Virus record (IMG/VR): IMGVR_UViG_3300028392_000030
Location: 32,001 to 96,000 of that record
DNA: 64,000 bases
DNA from: a virus
Reading direction: 5' to 3' (one strand)
The notes beneath the pieces are model-generated. The model did not search any database. It was not told where the DNA came from and saw only the letters and a program-made list of their open reading frames with translations. This document shows, piece after piece, positions 44,273 to 54,559 of this stretch. Position numbers and translations under genes: made by a program. The first letter of the stretch is position 1; each line of letters begins with the position of its first letter.

Positions 44273-44619
44273 GCGGTTGGAACACAATTGAAAGAATTCG
44301 ACGCATTGAAAAGCAAATCGATGCACTTGGCTTTAAGTTTAGCAAAGGTAACACCGCTTATAGCGATCACAGTACCGTGAGTCTTGTTCCAAAGGACTTA
44401 GAGTCATTGTCCATCTACAGTCGCGATGCTGAACTGTATATTGGCAGTTTGGAACAACTTGAAACATGGTTGCACGGTGTCGAATGGGCTCGCAACTATG
44501 ATCGTATGTTAAAAGTCAGCAATGATAAAAAACGATCCCAGGCTGAACAAAAAGAACGCAATCGCCAATTGATGCAGACCATTAAAACAGGTAAGCGTGT
44601 AGAAGGAACAATACGATGA
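44269..44619 (+). CDS. Hypothetical protein
   Basis: ORF track; ATGA overlap. Confidence 0.65.
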   Translation: MSGWNTIERIRRIEKQIDALGFKFSKGNTAYSDHSTVSLVPKDLESLSIYSRDAELYIGSLEQLETWLHGVEWARNYDRMLKVSNDKKRSQAEQKERNRQLMQTIKTGKRVEGTIR

Positions 44620-44837
44620 ACGAACGAATTAGGCGACTTATGGAACAGGCTGTTACGTCAATTGACGGACAAACTTTTGGTAAGACTCATATACCAGATG
44701 CTTTTACAGAAAAATTCGCTGAGTTGATTGTGCGGGAATGTGCCGCAGAGGCTGACCGGCAAACCATCTACTGTAGAGGTATTCCTTGGGGTCGATGGAT
44801 TCGAGAACATTTTGGAGTTGACTCAAAATTTGAATAA
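44616..44837 (+). CDS. Hypothetical protein (MNERI...KFAELIVREC family)
   Basis: Shares KFA.LIVREC and EHFGV with 47234..47494. Confidence 0.65.
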   Translation: MNERIRRLMEQAVTSIDGQTFGKTHIPDAFTEKFAELIVRECAAEADRQTIYCRGIPWGRWIREHFGVDSKFE

Positions 44838-44846
44838 TGCTATAAT
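44818..44846 (+). promoter_or_regulatory. Sigma70-type promoter
   Basis: TTGACT-N17-TATAAT. Confidence 0.7.
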
Positions 44847-44875
44847 AACTTATACAAACACAAAGAAAGATTATA

Positions 44876-46816
44876 ATGTCTAAAATTTTTAAGGATTTCC
44901 GAACAAGACGCAACTCCTCTGCAGGAGATTTAATTGAGCTTCAAAGGACTCGAGTAATTGGTAATTGGCCTAATTTTAAACATTGTATCCAAAATAAATT
45001 ACCAATCTATGCGTTAGCGGATACCCAGTCTGGAAAAACTTTCTTCAAATTCTGGTTAGCAGATCAGGCATTAAAAGATGGTATTGTGGATAATGTTATC
45101 ATTAGCACTACAAATCTAACAGGGGCTATGACACAGATGTTTGATCGAGCGGTGGATTGGGGGAAAATGCACGGTCGCCAAATTAAAGGCACTACTGATA
45201 AAAATGCCTATATGGTTAAAGGCGACATCTTTATCAATATGACCAATGTAAATAGAACAAATCGAATTGATGCTATTGTTAATGATGCTGAAAAAACAGC
45301 AAAAAAACTTAATAAATCTGCTCCGAGGATTCTTGTAATAATGGACGAGGGGGAAGAATTTCATGAACTAACCGAAACAAGCCTGTGCGACACTGCACTA
45401 GGAAATTTATTAATCCACAGTCGGCATAATATCAGCAAAGTTTCTGTTAGTGCTACTTTGTTGAGCCATCTTCTTATTCACGGAAAATATAGTTCAGATC
45501 TTGGATATATCACTAAAGAACAAATCTATCAAATCCCAAATCACCCGGACTACAAAGGAATAACAAATTCAACTTTACAAAATCCGTTTATTGAACCTGT
45601 GCTTGTGTCAGAGGCAAACTTTAGCGGAGATTGCTATACTAAAAAGGCAAATCTCCGTAATACATCTAATATCAAGATTACAGTTGATCAAATTGAAACT
45701 TTAATTGCTGGACAAAAGCACATCGGAGACGATGCTCAGACTAAATCTTTGGTACAAATTGGAAATGTAGTATTTGGTCGTGTGAGAAGCGGACATTTAC
45801 AAGTTGCCGATATGTTTAGTAGGGCTTTTCAAAATAAAGGTAGGACAGTGTCATTATGGGATGGTGAAGATTTTAATCAACTTAATCATTCGTCAAATAT
45901 TGTTATTATGATTCATAACGGTCACGCCAAAGATCTTACAGTATCAGAAAAATTAACAGCAATTGCTCACGGCTGGAATCGAAATAACTTAAAGGCAATT
46001 ATTATTATTAGTAAAATGATGACTGGCAAAAGTATTACTGTAGAATGCGATAATTGGTACGAGCCGTCTAGTCCAGAATTTGGATTTTATGCTAATTTTA
46101 CAGCATACTACGGCCCACCAAAAGAAAATATTACTACCGGCATTCAAGCAATGCGGTGTACCGGCATTCGACCTTCTATTAAAAAAAATGTTATGTGGAC
46201 CACTGATGATACAAAGCAAGACATTGAAAACTACAAAGATCAAATTACAAGATTTATTGCTCATTTGAATACAGTAGGTACTATAAATCAGACACAGATT
46301 ATTGATTGGGTTATGGGAAATCGACCTGTTACTAAAGCTGCCGTACAGAAAAAACTAGGAATACTCAACGGCAGTAGTAATCGGAGTGCTAGTGAATTAA
46401 TAAATGATTCTGAAAGACATATAAGTGTAAAAGCAGATATGTTAATTAAAGTTTCCAATATAATATACAATAAAATACATACCAATGGAGCAGCAATTTG
46501 TCAGTTTGTTATTCAACAAGGGTTTAGCCCTGCAAGCACCAACTTAACTGAATGGGAAATTCGACAGGATAGACACTATCCTACTGATAACAGTGCCCGA
46601 CATGCTTTTAAAAATCACACAAGTGGCAAGATGGTTAAAGCACACTGGGTCAAAGAATCAAAAGGTTGGTTACTTTATGTTAAAAATAATATGAATGCTT
46701 TTCCCCGCGTAGAGCATGTTATCCATGCTATTAATAACATAGGTCGCCCTGTATTTAAAAATAGCCGATTCTATACAGGACATGATAAAGGTGCATACAC
46801 ATTCAAGGTGTCATAA
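44876..46816 (+). CDS. SF2-helicase-like / Z1-domain protein
   Basis: TQSGKT Walker A, IMDEGE, SVSAT, IQAMRCTGIR resembles the Z1 Q..R.FGYR motif; AT-rich. Confidence 0.6.
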   Translation: MSKIFKDFRTRRNSSAGDLIELQRTRVIGNWPNFKHCIQNKLPIYALADTQSGKTFFKFWLADQALKDGIVDNVIISTTNLTGAMTQMFDRAVDWGKMHGRQIKGTTDKNAYMVKGDIFINMTNVNRTNRIDAIVNDAEKTAKKLNKSAPRILVIMDEGEEFHELTETSLCDTALGNLLIHSRHNISKVSVSATLLSHLLIHGKYSSDLGYITKEQIYQIPNHPDYKGITNSTLQNPFIEPVLVSEANFSGDCYTKKANLRNTSNIKITVDQIETLIAGQKHIGDDAQTKSLVQIGNVVFGRVRSGHLQVADMFSRAFQNKGRTVSLWDGEDFNQLNHSSNIVIMIHNGHAKDLTVSEKLTAIAHGWNRNNLKAIIIISKMMTGKSITVECDNWYEPSSPEFGFYANFTAYYGPPKENITTGIQAMRCTGIRPSIKKNVMWTTDDTKQDIENYKDQITRFIAHLNTVGTINQTQIIDWVMGNRPVTKAAVQKKLGILNGSSNRSASELINDSERHISVKADMLIKVSNIIYNKIHTNGAAICQFVIQQGFSPASTNLTEWEIRQDRHYPTDNSARHAFKNHTSGKMVKAHWVKESKGWLLYVKNNMNAFPRVEHVIHAINNIGRPVFKNSRFYTGHDKGAYTFKVS

Positions 46817-47052
46817 TGAACCAGATTAGTCAGTATCTTGTCAGCATTGATCGGCCACCCTATGTGAATGGTAGGCGGGTAGGACAAGCGATCCCGTGTA
46901 CCAGTTATGGCGAGCCTGCTTGGTCCATCTCGTTCTATAATGGTTATACTATTACCAACAATCCTGTATTCACAGACGAAGACGGACTGAATGAAGCACC
47001 ATCAATTATAGAATTTGCAAACAACTTAGGATATAAACCATGTACCAATTAA
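46816..47052 (+). CDS. Hypothetical protein
   Basis: ORF track. Confidence 0.55.
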   Translation: MNQISQYLVSIDRPPYVNGRRVGQAIPCTSYGEPAWSISFYNGYTITNNPVFTDEDGLNEAPSIIEFANNLGYKPCTN

Positions 47053-47237
47053 TCTTTACATTTTTGGTTGTGACCAAAGCAGGGCTTCCGGGCTTTAATA
47101 TAGAACACATCAGTCAGTTTCGTGAAATAGAGGACTGTGAAAAGACCAAGACCGCCATGGTTGCATACATGGATCGGTTAGTGCGAGAGAACAAAATGTT
47201 TCCCGGCGTATTCGAATGTCAAAAGGTACAGCGATGA
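47040..47237 (+). CDS. Small hypothetical protein
   Basis: ORF track. Confidence 0.55.
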   Translation: MYQLIFTFLVVTKAGLPGFNIEHISQFREIEDCEKTKTAMVAYMDRLVRENKMFPGVFECQKVQR

Positions 47238-47494
47238 ACAAACAGATAGAACAATTTGCACTTGAATCGGGTGCTTGGAATCAAGTGTATGGCAACAGGA
47301 TGTTTATGATTGACGAACACTTTGATATTGAAAAGTTCGCCCGGTTGATTGTTCGGGAATGTATTGACAAGATTACAACCTATGATTTGGTTCCTGGACA
47401 TTCTGCCAAGTGGGAAGATATCTACGATATCCACACCAGATTGCTACAAGACTTGGGTGAAGAATTGAAAGAACATTTCGGAGTTGAACCGTGA
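47234..47494 (+). CDS. Hypothetical protein (KFA.LIVREC family)
   Basis: Paralog of 44616..44837. Confidence 0.65.
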   Translation: MNKQIEQFALESGAWNQVYGNRMFMIDEHFDIEKFARLIVRECIDKITTYDLVPGHSAKWEDIYDIHTRLLQDLGEELKEHFGVEP

Positions 47495-47692
47495 ATGAAA
47501 TACTATTGGTGGCAATACTGACTTTGCCCAATACCGGACATGTGGTATACGAAGTGGCAGGTGCTTACCCCGATCGTCGAGCCTGCGAAACGGCCCGTCG
47601 TGAACAACAACGAATTCCACACGCAGTCAGAACTGGTTACATGTGCTTGCCCAGAGATCGAGTATAAAGGTTAATACAGTATCAGTTTAGCC

Positions 47693-47718
47693 AAAACACC
47701 TCTAAATGAGGTGTTTTT
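47693..47718 (+). terminator. Rho-independent terminator
   Basis: AAAACACCTC-TAAAT-GAGGTGTTTTT. Confidence 0.8.
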
Positions 47719-47764
47719 GTTTGTGAAAATAAATCAACCTCACATATCGGTGTTAAATATCTAT

Positions 47765-47974
47765 ATGGAAAATAACACAATTACAATCTCTGATCTTGAC
47801 ACCGTCAAGAACATTATCAATTTGGCCTCCACACGTGGTGCATTCCGCGGTGAAGAACTCAGTATGGTGGGCACTGTGTATGACAAGCTCACTGCGTTTT
47901 TAGAAGCAGTAATCGAACAGGCGAAAGCCCAAGAAGCAAACAACGCTGTAGCCGGCGAAACTCAAGGAGAATAA
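47765..47974 (+). CDS. Hypothetical phage protein
   Basis: RGAFRGEELSMVG; TAAATA 5 nt before ATG. Confidence 0.75.
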   Translation: MENNTITISDLDTVKNIINLASTRGAFRGEELSMVGTVYDKLTAFLEAVIEQAKAQEANNAVAGETQGE

Positions 47975-47975
47975 A

Positions 47976-48731
47976 ATGGCATTTATGAAACACGTAGGAA
48001 AACATGGAGACCGCAAAGTCTGCATCCTGTTCCGTCAGGTACCAGGCGAAGATCACATGTGCTTATGCATTTATCCAGAAGTATTGCCAGCACACTGGCA
48101 AGACTCAATTCAACGAGCACTGGAAAGTGAAGTGGCACAGCAGAGTGAAGAATTGGCCGATGCACTGCATCGCAGTTTCTTGCCAGATGGTCGACCAGTG
48201 CTGGAAACGCTACACCAAGAGCGTATGATCAAGAAGTTGCGTACCAGCGATGTTATTGTTACTCCAACCAACGAAGCCAAAATTCGCCTGGATGAACTCA
48301 ACAAGATGTTGAACGAAATGAAGCAAGGCGAAGCTGCTATCAAGAAGATGGCCGAGAACGATGCCAGTCGTGGCATGGTTGCTCCAGAAGTCAAACGCAA
48401 AGCCGAAGCTGCATACAAAGCTGGGCAGGTGGCCAAAGCCAATCCTGCTTATGTTGCACCCCCCACACTCAAGGCCGGTCAAGATGGTGCCCTAAGTGAC
48501 CGTGACATTGCGGCCAACATGTTGGCACAGGCCAAGACTATGGAAGTGAATGCCCGTGCTATGGTTGCCGAAGCAGCCCGTATGAAGAAGGATGCTGAGC
48601 GCATGGATCCTACTGTCACAGCTCGAGCCACTGCAACTGCTCCTGCAACTGAGTCTTTTGAAGCACCAAAAAAACGCACTCGTGGTCCTAACAAACCCAA
48701 AACTGTAACGGCAGATGCAACACACGGATGA
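47976..48731 (+). CDS. Hypothetical phage protein
   Basis: MAFMKHVG...; GGAG SD. Confidence 0.8.
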   Translation: MAFMKHVGKHGDRKVCILFRQVPGEDHMCLCIYPEVLPAHWQDSIQRALESEVAQQSEELADALHRSFLPDGRPVLETLHQERMIKKLRTSDVIVTPTNEAKIRLDELNKMLNEMKQGEAAIKKMAENDASRGMVAPEVKRKAEAAYKAGQVAKANPAYVAPPTLKAGQDGALSDRDIAANMLAQAKTMEVNARAMVAEAARMKKDAERMDPTVTARATATAPATESFEAPKKRTRGPNKPKTVTADATHG

Positions 48732-49017
48732 TTTTATAAGCCAATGGGAACTGATTCTTGCCGACGTAAACAAAACTGATGTACCACTAGAGTGCATTAA
48801 AAAAGTTGTGATCAAGCTGGCCGGCGGCAAGCAGAAAACCATCAACGTGCATACACTACTTAAACAAGGTCTGGACCTAGAAGAAGTCGAAAGCATGCTG
48901 ACTCGCTACTTTGGTGAGAATGACCATAACATTCGAGATGTGGACTTTGTGATAGATGTCTCGGCTGTGGCCAATCTCGTTCAACCCGAAACTGATAAAT
49001 TACTTGGAAAACTCTAA
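48715..49017 (+). CDS. Hypothetical protein
   Basis: ORF track. Confidence 0.7.
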   Translation: MQHTDDFISQWELILADVNKTDVPLECIKKVVIKLAGGKQKTINVHTLLKQGLDLEEVESMLTRYFGENDHNIRDVDFVIDVSAVANLVQPETDKLLGKL

Positions 49018-50026
49018 CCAGTTGTCTACGGCCGAGCAGGCATTAAACACACATGTTGGCGCACATTCTAATAAAAAATGGGCCCAACTCTGTGTTAAAT
49101 CAATAGGACAAGATCGAATATTTGACAAGACCAAATGGAATTGGCCCGTTGATGTTGACTCTGTTACAGCAGAATTAAAAAAAGGCCCATTGGTCGTGTT
49201 GATGGCTCAGGATCCTTTTAACAATCACGAAGAAAATACTGCTAAACAACTGTCACAAATAACCGATGATTTTGTAATACTGTCAGGCAATGCCAAACAT
49301 TTTTTAAATCCAAAAAAACACATTTGCTATTTGCCCTATTGGTATCTGACGCAAAAATCAAGATTCAACCCGGTACCGGCCGACAGCTATCAAAAACAGT
49401 ATATCGTATCTTCGTTAAATGGCCAATCTAAATATCATCGCATCGAAAACTTTATCAAGTTGAGAGCTAAACCATACTTCAATAAAATACTGTTTACAAT
49501 GCACAACAACTTTGACCTAGAAAGATGCAAACTAGAAACACAGGAAGAATTTTGGAACAGCGACATAGTCAAACAGTTTGAATCGTTGCTAGACTCTGAA
49601 GAATTGCAACAGGGATATACCAACGATCATTCGGCCGTTCATCCGGCCTACAGCGATGCTTATGTGAATTATGTAACAGAAACATCTATTAGAACTAGTG
49701 AAATTTTTTGCAGTGAAAAAACATGGAAACCCGTTATGACTGGACAATTTGGTATCTGGTTATCAAATCCCGGTCATGTAGAGTTTTTAAGAGCCATCGG
49801 ATTGGATGTGTTTGATGATGTATTTGCGAGACATGCCTATGATAGTAAACCCAATTTGAATCAAAGAATAGATTCTATTCATACATTAATTGACAGCATT
49901 ATGTCAACGGATCTAACATCTATATACCAAGACACCCTAGGAAGAAGACAAGCCAATATAAACTTATTATACAGCGACGAGTTTGAAAATTTATTAACTA
50001 AACAATGTGAAGAGTATCAATTATGA
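48956..50026 (+). CDS. Glycosyltransferase-like protein (TEKT.KP family); true start uncertain
   Basis: NYVTET, SEKTWKP, G.DVFDD. Confidence 0.6.
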   Translation: MSRLWPISFNPKLINYLENSNQLSTAEQALNTHVGAHSNKKWAQLCVKSIGQDRIFDKTKWNWPVDVDSVTAELKKGPLVVLMAQDPFNNHEENTAKQLSQITDDFVILSGNAKHFLNPKKHICYLPYWYLTQKSRFNPVPADSYQKQYIVSSLNGQSKYHRIENFIKLRAKPYFNKILFTMHNNFDLERCKLETQEEFWNSDIVKQFESLLDSEELQQGYTNDHSAVHPAYSDAYVNYVTETSIRTSEIFCSEKTWKPVMTGQFGIWLSNPGHVEFLRAIGLDVFDDVFARHAYDSKPNLNQRIDSIHTLIDSIMSTDLTSIYQDTLGRRQANINLLYSDEFENLLTKQCEEYQL

Positions 50027-50691
50027 AAGCGACCCTAGTTTCGTCCAGCCAACCTAGCGCAGAATTAGCAGCCCAGGGCATAGTCAATGCTCAAGAATTG
50101 GTTGCTTACTGCGCTAGGGTTAGCAATCCTGCCAATCAAACCAATACTGACACCAGCGAGAAGCTGATACGTTATCTTATCAAACATGCTCATTGGAGCC
50201 CACTTGAAATGGTTTCGGCCTGCATAGAAATTGAAACCACTAGAGATATTGCTAGACAGATCCTTAGACATCGTAGTTTCAGCTTCCAAGAGTTCAGTCA
50301 ACGATATGCTGTAGCAGATCTTGGGTTTGAGTTCAAAGAAACTCGCTTACAAGATACCAAGAACAGACAAAACAGTTTGGCCACAGATGATCCAGAATTG
50401 GATCAATGGTGGCAAGCACAACAGGGATTTGTTAGCACTCATATAAATATGATATACAACAAAGCCATTGAGCTGGGCATTGCCAAAGAACAAGCTAGAG
50501 CTATCTTACCCGAGGGTATCACTACCAGCAGACTTTATATGCAAGGTACACTACGTAGCTGGTTACACTATATTGAATTGCGATCTGGGCCGGAAACCCA
50601 AAAAGAACATAGACTGGTAGCTCAAGCCTGCGCCGCTGCTTTAGAAAGAATCTTTCCAATGGTTAAAGAATTCGTTGCAAACGATCAATAA
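50023..50691 (+). CDS. thyX: Flavin-dependent thymidylate synthase
   Basis: HWSPLE, RQILRHRSFSFQEFSQRY, QARAILP, QKEHR. Confidence 0.95.
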   Translation: MKATLVSSSQPSAELAAQGIVNAQELVAYCARVSNPANQTNTDTSEKLIRYLIKHAHWSPLEMVSACIEIETTRDIARQILRHRSFSFQEFSQRYAVADLGFEFKETRLQDTKNRQNSLATDDPELDQWWQAQQGFVSTHINMIYNKAIELGIAKEQARAILPEGITTSRLYMQGTLRSWLHYIELRSGPETQKEHRLVAQACAAALERIFPMVKEFVANDQ

Positions 50692-50709
50692 ACCTGTTAT
50701 ACTACTAGT

Positions 50710-51183
50710 ATGATATTCAACCACATACGTAAACTCAAAGAAGATGGTAAGAAAATCGGTATCACCTTTTCTACCTTTGACATGCTCCACGCAGGCCACA
50801 TTGCCATGTTAGCCGAAGCTAAGAATCATTGCGATTATTTGATCTGTGGCTTGCAAACAGATCCTACAATTGATAGACCCGACACTAAGAACAAACCGGT
50901 TCAGAGTATTGTAGAACGACAAATTCAATTGGCTGCTTGTCGTTATGTAGATGAAGTAGTAGTGTATCAAACAGAACAAGACTTAGTTGACTTGTTGTTA
51001 ATACTTCCTTTAGACATACGAGTGCTAGGAGTGGAATATCAAGACAAAGAGTTCACTGGCAGAGAAGAATGTTATATGCGTAACATTGAACTGGTGTTTA
51101 ACGGCCGTGACCATAGTTTCAGTTCTAGCAGTCTACGTAAACGTGTAGTAGAAGCAGAAACTGTCAAGCTACTTAAACAATAG
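50710..51183 (+). CDS. Cytidylyltransferase (TagD-like)
   Basis: FDMLHAGH, GLQTD, YVDEV, SSSSLR; leaderless after TTGCAA-N17-TATACT. Confidence 0.88.
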   Translation: MIFNHIRKLKEDGKKIGITFSTFDMLHAGHIAMLAEAKNHCDYLICGLQTDPTIDRPDTKNKPVQSIVERQIQLAACRYVDEVVVYQTEQDLVDLLLILPLDIRVLGVEYQDKEFTGREECYMRNIELVFNGRDHSFSSSSLRKRVVEAETVKLLKQ

Positions 51184-51184
51184 C

Positions 51185-51514
51185 ATGAGTTTGACTCAAC
51201 CCGACGAGGATAATAAGTTATTTCAAGCACCTGAATGGAAGTTGATTGATGGTAAAGTAGTAAAAATATCCGATGTTAAAGTCCACGAATTTAATATGGG
51301 CGATGTTGAAGATCCAGACTTATATGCCGCCCAACCCTTGTACGAATGGCAACAAAGCGAAGCTGGTAAGTGGGTAATGGAGAATGCTGTCGTAACTCCG
51401 TTCTGGCACCGTACGACAGATCTGTATAATTATGGATACAAATACTATGTCATTGCTCGTTTAAAAGAGCAAGATCAAACTTATTGGACATTAAAATGGC
51501 AAAAAAAATCTTAG
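51185..51514 (+). CDS. Hypothetical protein (same C-terminal family)
   Basis: DVEDPDLYAAQP; EQDQTYWTLKW. Confidence 0.7.
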   Translation: MSLTQPDEDNKLFQAPEWKLIDGKVVKISDVKVHEFNMGDVEDPDLYAAQPLYEWQQSEAGKWVMENAVVTPFWHRTTDLYNYGYKYYVIARLKEQDQTYWTLKWQKKS

Positions 51515-52461
51515 TAACCGGAGGCTTAGGCCTTATTGGACACAACATTGTTCAGCGTCTTGAAGCGCAAGGACACGAAGTCTATATAACAGATATAAAG
51601 ACCAACTACGGACTGGTTCCACAAGAGGAACTGGATTATTTGTTAGTGGAACGGCGTAAAAAGATCGCAACAACCAGAATTCATGCAGTCGACATTGCAG
51701 ATCGAGACGGTATTGATTGGTTAGTCAATCACTACAAGCCAGATACTATACTACATTTGGCCAGTTTCCCAAGACAGAAAGTAGTTAATGTAAATCCGCA
51801 GATAGGCAGTAGAACAATGAGTGAAGGCCTACTTAACCTGCTGGAAGCCGCAAAGAAACACGCAGTAGGTAAATTTGTCTACATCAGTAGTTCAATGGTG
51901 TATGGTGACTTTGATAATGATGTTACGGAAGACGCGGCATGTCGGCCACAAGGTCAGTATGGTATTATGAAATTAGCTGGAGAATGGTTGGTCAAAGACT
52001 ATGCTCGTAGAACCGACATGAGCTACATGATCATACGACCCAGTGCTGTTTACGGTCCGCTTGATGTGGAGGATCGTGTTATTAGCAAATTCATTCTTGC
52101 TGCCATGCGTGATGGAGTAATACGAGTAAACGGTGCAAATGAAACCCTGGACTTTACCTATGTGGATGATGCTGCTGATGGCATTGTTGCGGCCACCGTA
52201 AGTGAACATAAGAACAAAACATATAACATTACCAAGAGCCATTCCAAGACCCTGTTAGAAGCCGCTCAATTGGCTGTTAAAATTGTGGGTCAAGGTACAA
52301 TAGAAGTGCGTGACAAAGATGCAGACTTTCCTAGTCGTGGAGCATTAAACATCAATGCGGCACGACAAGACTTAGGATTCAACCCTAAGGTTGATATCGA
52401 CGAAGGATTTCAAATATACTACAAATGGCTTAAAAATAGCGTTTACTGGAGCAATAAATGA
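51496..52461 (+). CDS. NAD-dependent epimerase/dehydratase
   Basis: VTGGLGLIG, SSSMVYG, YGIMK, DFTYVDD. Confidence 0.9.
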   Translation: MAKKILVTGGLGLIGHNIVQRLEAQGHEVYITDIKTNYGLVPQEELDYLLVERRKKIATTRIHAVDIADRDGIDWLVNHYKPDTILHLASFPRQKVVNVNPQIGSRTMSEGLLNLLEAAKKHAVGKFVYISSSMVYGDFDNDVTEDAACRPQGQYGIMKLAGEWLVKDYARRTDMSYMIIRPSAVYGPLDVEDRVISKFILAAMRDGVIRVNGANETLDFTYVDDAADGIVAATVSEHKNKTYNITKSHSKTLLEAAQLAVKIVGQGTIEVRDKDADFPSRGALNINAARQDLGFNPKVDIDEGFQIYYKWLKNSVYWSNK

Positions 52462-53477
52462 TCAATTCAAACTTTGGATTTACACCTCTTCGTGAAGTAT
52501 GGCTAGGCGACTGTTACCCTGAATCGTATTACGATCATTTACCAAATGAAATTGCCGACCCATTTAGACAAATAACTGCATGGACCAAAGAAGATACCGG
52601 CCGGTTACAGACATTCTTAGAGTCCAGAGGAATTGTAGTCAGGCGCCCTGTGTTTGACAGCATAGATAATCATGTCACCGATAATGGTACTTTGTCAAAA
52701 CCGCCAGTGACTCCGAGAGATGATTATTTGGTGTTAGATAAAACTCTATATAGTTTACATAATAAATTAAAAATTGATCCATGGAATCATTGGCTAAACT
52801 ATTATAAAGAACAAGGATTTGATATAAAAAAACCCAAGCATAAACCTATAAATTGTTTGTCTCCGCCATCGCTAGTGCGACTAGGAAAAGATATAATTGT
52901 AGATGCCGACACTCATAAACATGTTTGGGGGTATGTTTGTGAATGTTTAGTCAGTCAGTTTGGACGTAAATATAGAGTTAATATATGCAACACTAACGGA
53001 CACAGTGATGGCGTTTTTTGTCCGGTTGCACCTGGATTGATTGCATCAACGCATTATAAAACTGATTATAGTCAAAGTTTTCCTGGGTGGGAAGTGTTTA
53101 AAATTCCCGAAACTTTAGGTAATTGGGGTCATCCAAAAAATTGGTTGGCCGACGATGCTGCCATAGACGGAAATAAAGCATTTGACCAACATCTACAAAC
53201 AACGGCAAAAGATTGGGTGGGTAATTTTAAAGAAACAGTATTTGAAGTTAATATGCTAGTGCTGGATGAAAAGAATGTTGTGGCCATGAAAGACTATCCT
53301 CCATTAACTCAGTGGCTAGACGAACGTGGTATTACTGTTCATTTTTTTGACCTACGAACTAGAAGTTTCTGGGATGGCGGGTGGCATTGCTTTACATTAG
53401 ATATACACAGAGAAGATACTCAAACAGATTTATTTCCTGAACGTGGTGAAAACGGTGTATATTGGAGGTTGAGTTGA
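52458..53477 (+). CDS. Amidinotransferase 2
   Basis: PVTPRD, GHSDGVF, FEVNMLVLD, RTRSFWDGGWHCFT. Confidence 0.82.
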   Translation: MINSNFGFTPLREVWLGDCYPESYYDHLPNEIADPFRQITAWTKEDTGRLQTFLESRGIVVRRPVFDSIDNHVTDNGTLSKPPVTPRDDYLVLDKTLYSLHNKLKIDPWNHWLNYYKEQGFDIKKPKHKPINCLSPPSLVRLGKDIIVDADTHKHVWGYVCECLVSQFGRKYRVNICNTNGHSDGVFCPVAPGLIASTHYKTDYSQSFPGWEVFKIPETLGNWGHPKNWLADDAAIDGNKAFDQHLQTTAKDWVGNFKETVFEVNMLVLDEKNVVAMKDYPPLTQWLDERGITVHFFDLRTRSFWDGGWHCFTLDIHREDTQTDLFPERGENGVYWRLS

Positions 53478-54559
53478 ATGGCTTAAAGATTCCGTTCACT
53501 GGTCTCAAAAAGCAGTATAACACACTACGAACAGAAATACTGGATGTTACAGATGAAGTCCTGCGTAGTGGACAACTCATGCAGGGCAATTATACCGCTG
53601 AGTTTGAAGCGTGGTTGGCCAAACGAAATCATTCTAGTTATGCCGTAACTTGTCACTCAGGTAGTCAAGCATTAGAAATAATTGCTGAGTTTTATCGAGT
53701 CCAATCCAGTGTAAACCCACCCAGAGTAGTTGTTCCGTCAATGACCTATGTGGCCACGGCCAATGCATTTATACGTGCCGGGTGGGAAGTATACATTGCT
53801 GACACTGACTCGCACGGTATTTTAAACACGCAAAAGATACCACAGGATCTCAGTGTGCAGGCCACAGTGTTGGTTGGTCTATACGGTGCCGCAGTCAATG
53901 CCAATCAATTCTGGGCTACAGACCTTGTGATCGAAGATGGCGCCCAACATTGGCTCAGCAACAAGTGTGCTAGAATTGGTTCAGCCACAGCTATCAGTTT
54001 CGATCCAATGAAAAATCTCAATGCTTACGGCAATGGTGGTGCTGTGGTCACTGATGACCAAGCGTTAGCATGGTTTGCACGAGAGTGGATCAATAATGGC
54101 AAACCCGGACATGCCACGATAGGAACCAACAGTAGAATGAGTGAGACCGAGTGCGGCCAAATGATGGTCAAGACTCGTTACATAGATGCATGGCAACTGC
54201 GTCGTAAGACCATTGCGGCTTATTGGATAGAACGACTAAAGAAGTCCGGCATTAGAACACTAATCAATGACAGCAATTTTGAAACACATTGCTACCACAA
54301 GTTTGTTATCGATGTAGACAATCGTGACATCGTAGCACGTAACCTAGCCATCAAAGGTATCGAAACAAAGGTACATTACAAAGAGCCCTTGCACGAGTTG
54401 CCTGCTTATACTCGTTATCCCGGACCCGACCTGTTGAGTTCTGCCAGTGCCCTGGCACGTAGAGTATTGAGTTTGCCTATCTATCCCGAGCTAACGGATC
54501 TAGAAGTTGAATACGTTATTGATGCTGTGTTAGATTGCGCTTCAGCAAAGCATAGCTAG
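53462..54559 (+). CDS. DegT/DnrJ/StrS-family PLP aminotransferase
   Basis: VTCHSGSQAL, IEDGAQ, SFDPMKNL.AYGNGG, NSRMSE, LSLPIYP. Confidence 0.9.
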   Translation: MEVELNGLKIPFTGLKKQYNTLRTEILDVTDEVLRSGQLMQGNYTAEFEAWLAKRNHSSYAVTCHSGSQALEIIAEFYRVQSSVNPPRVVVPSMTYVATANAFIRAGWEVYIADTDSHGILNTQKIPQDLSVQATVLVGLYGAAVNANQFWATDLVIEDGAQHWLSNKCARIGSATAISFDPMKNLNAYGNGGAVVTDDQALAWFAREWINNGKPGHATIGTNSRMSETECGQMMVKTRYIDAWQLRRKTIAAYWIERLKKSGIRTLINDSNFETHCYHKFVIDVDNRDIVARNLAIKGIETKVHYKEPLHELPAYTRYPGPDLLSSASALARRVLSLPIYPELTDLEVEYVIDAVLDCASAKHS

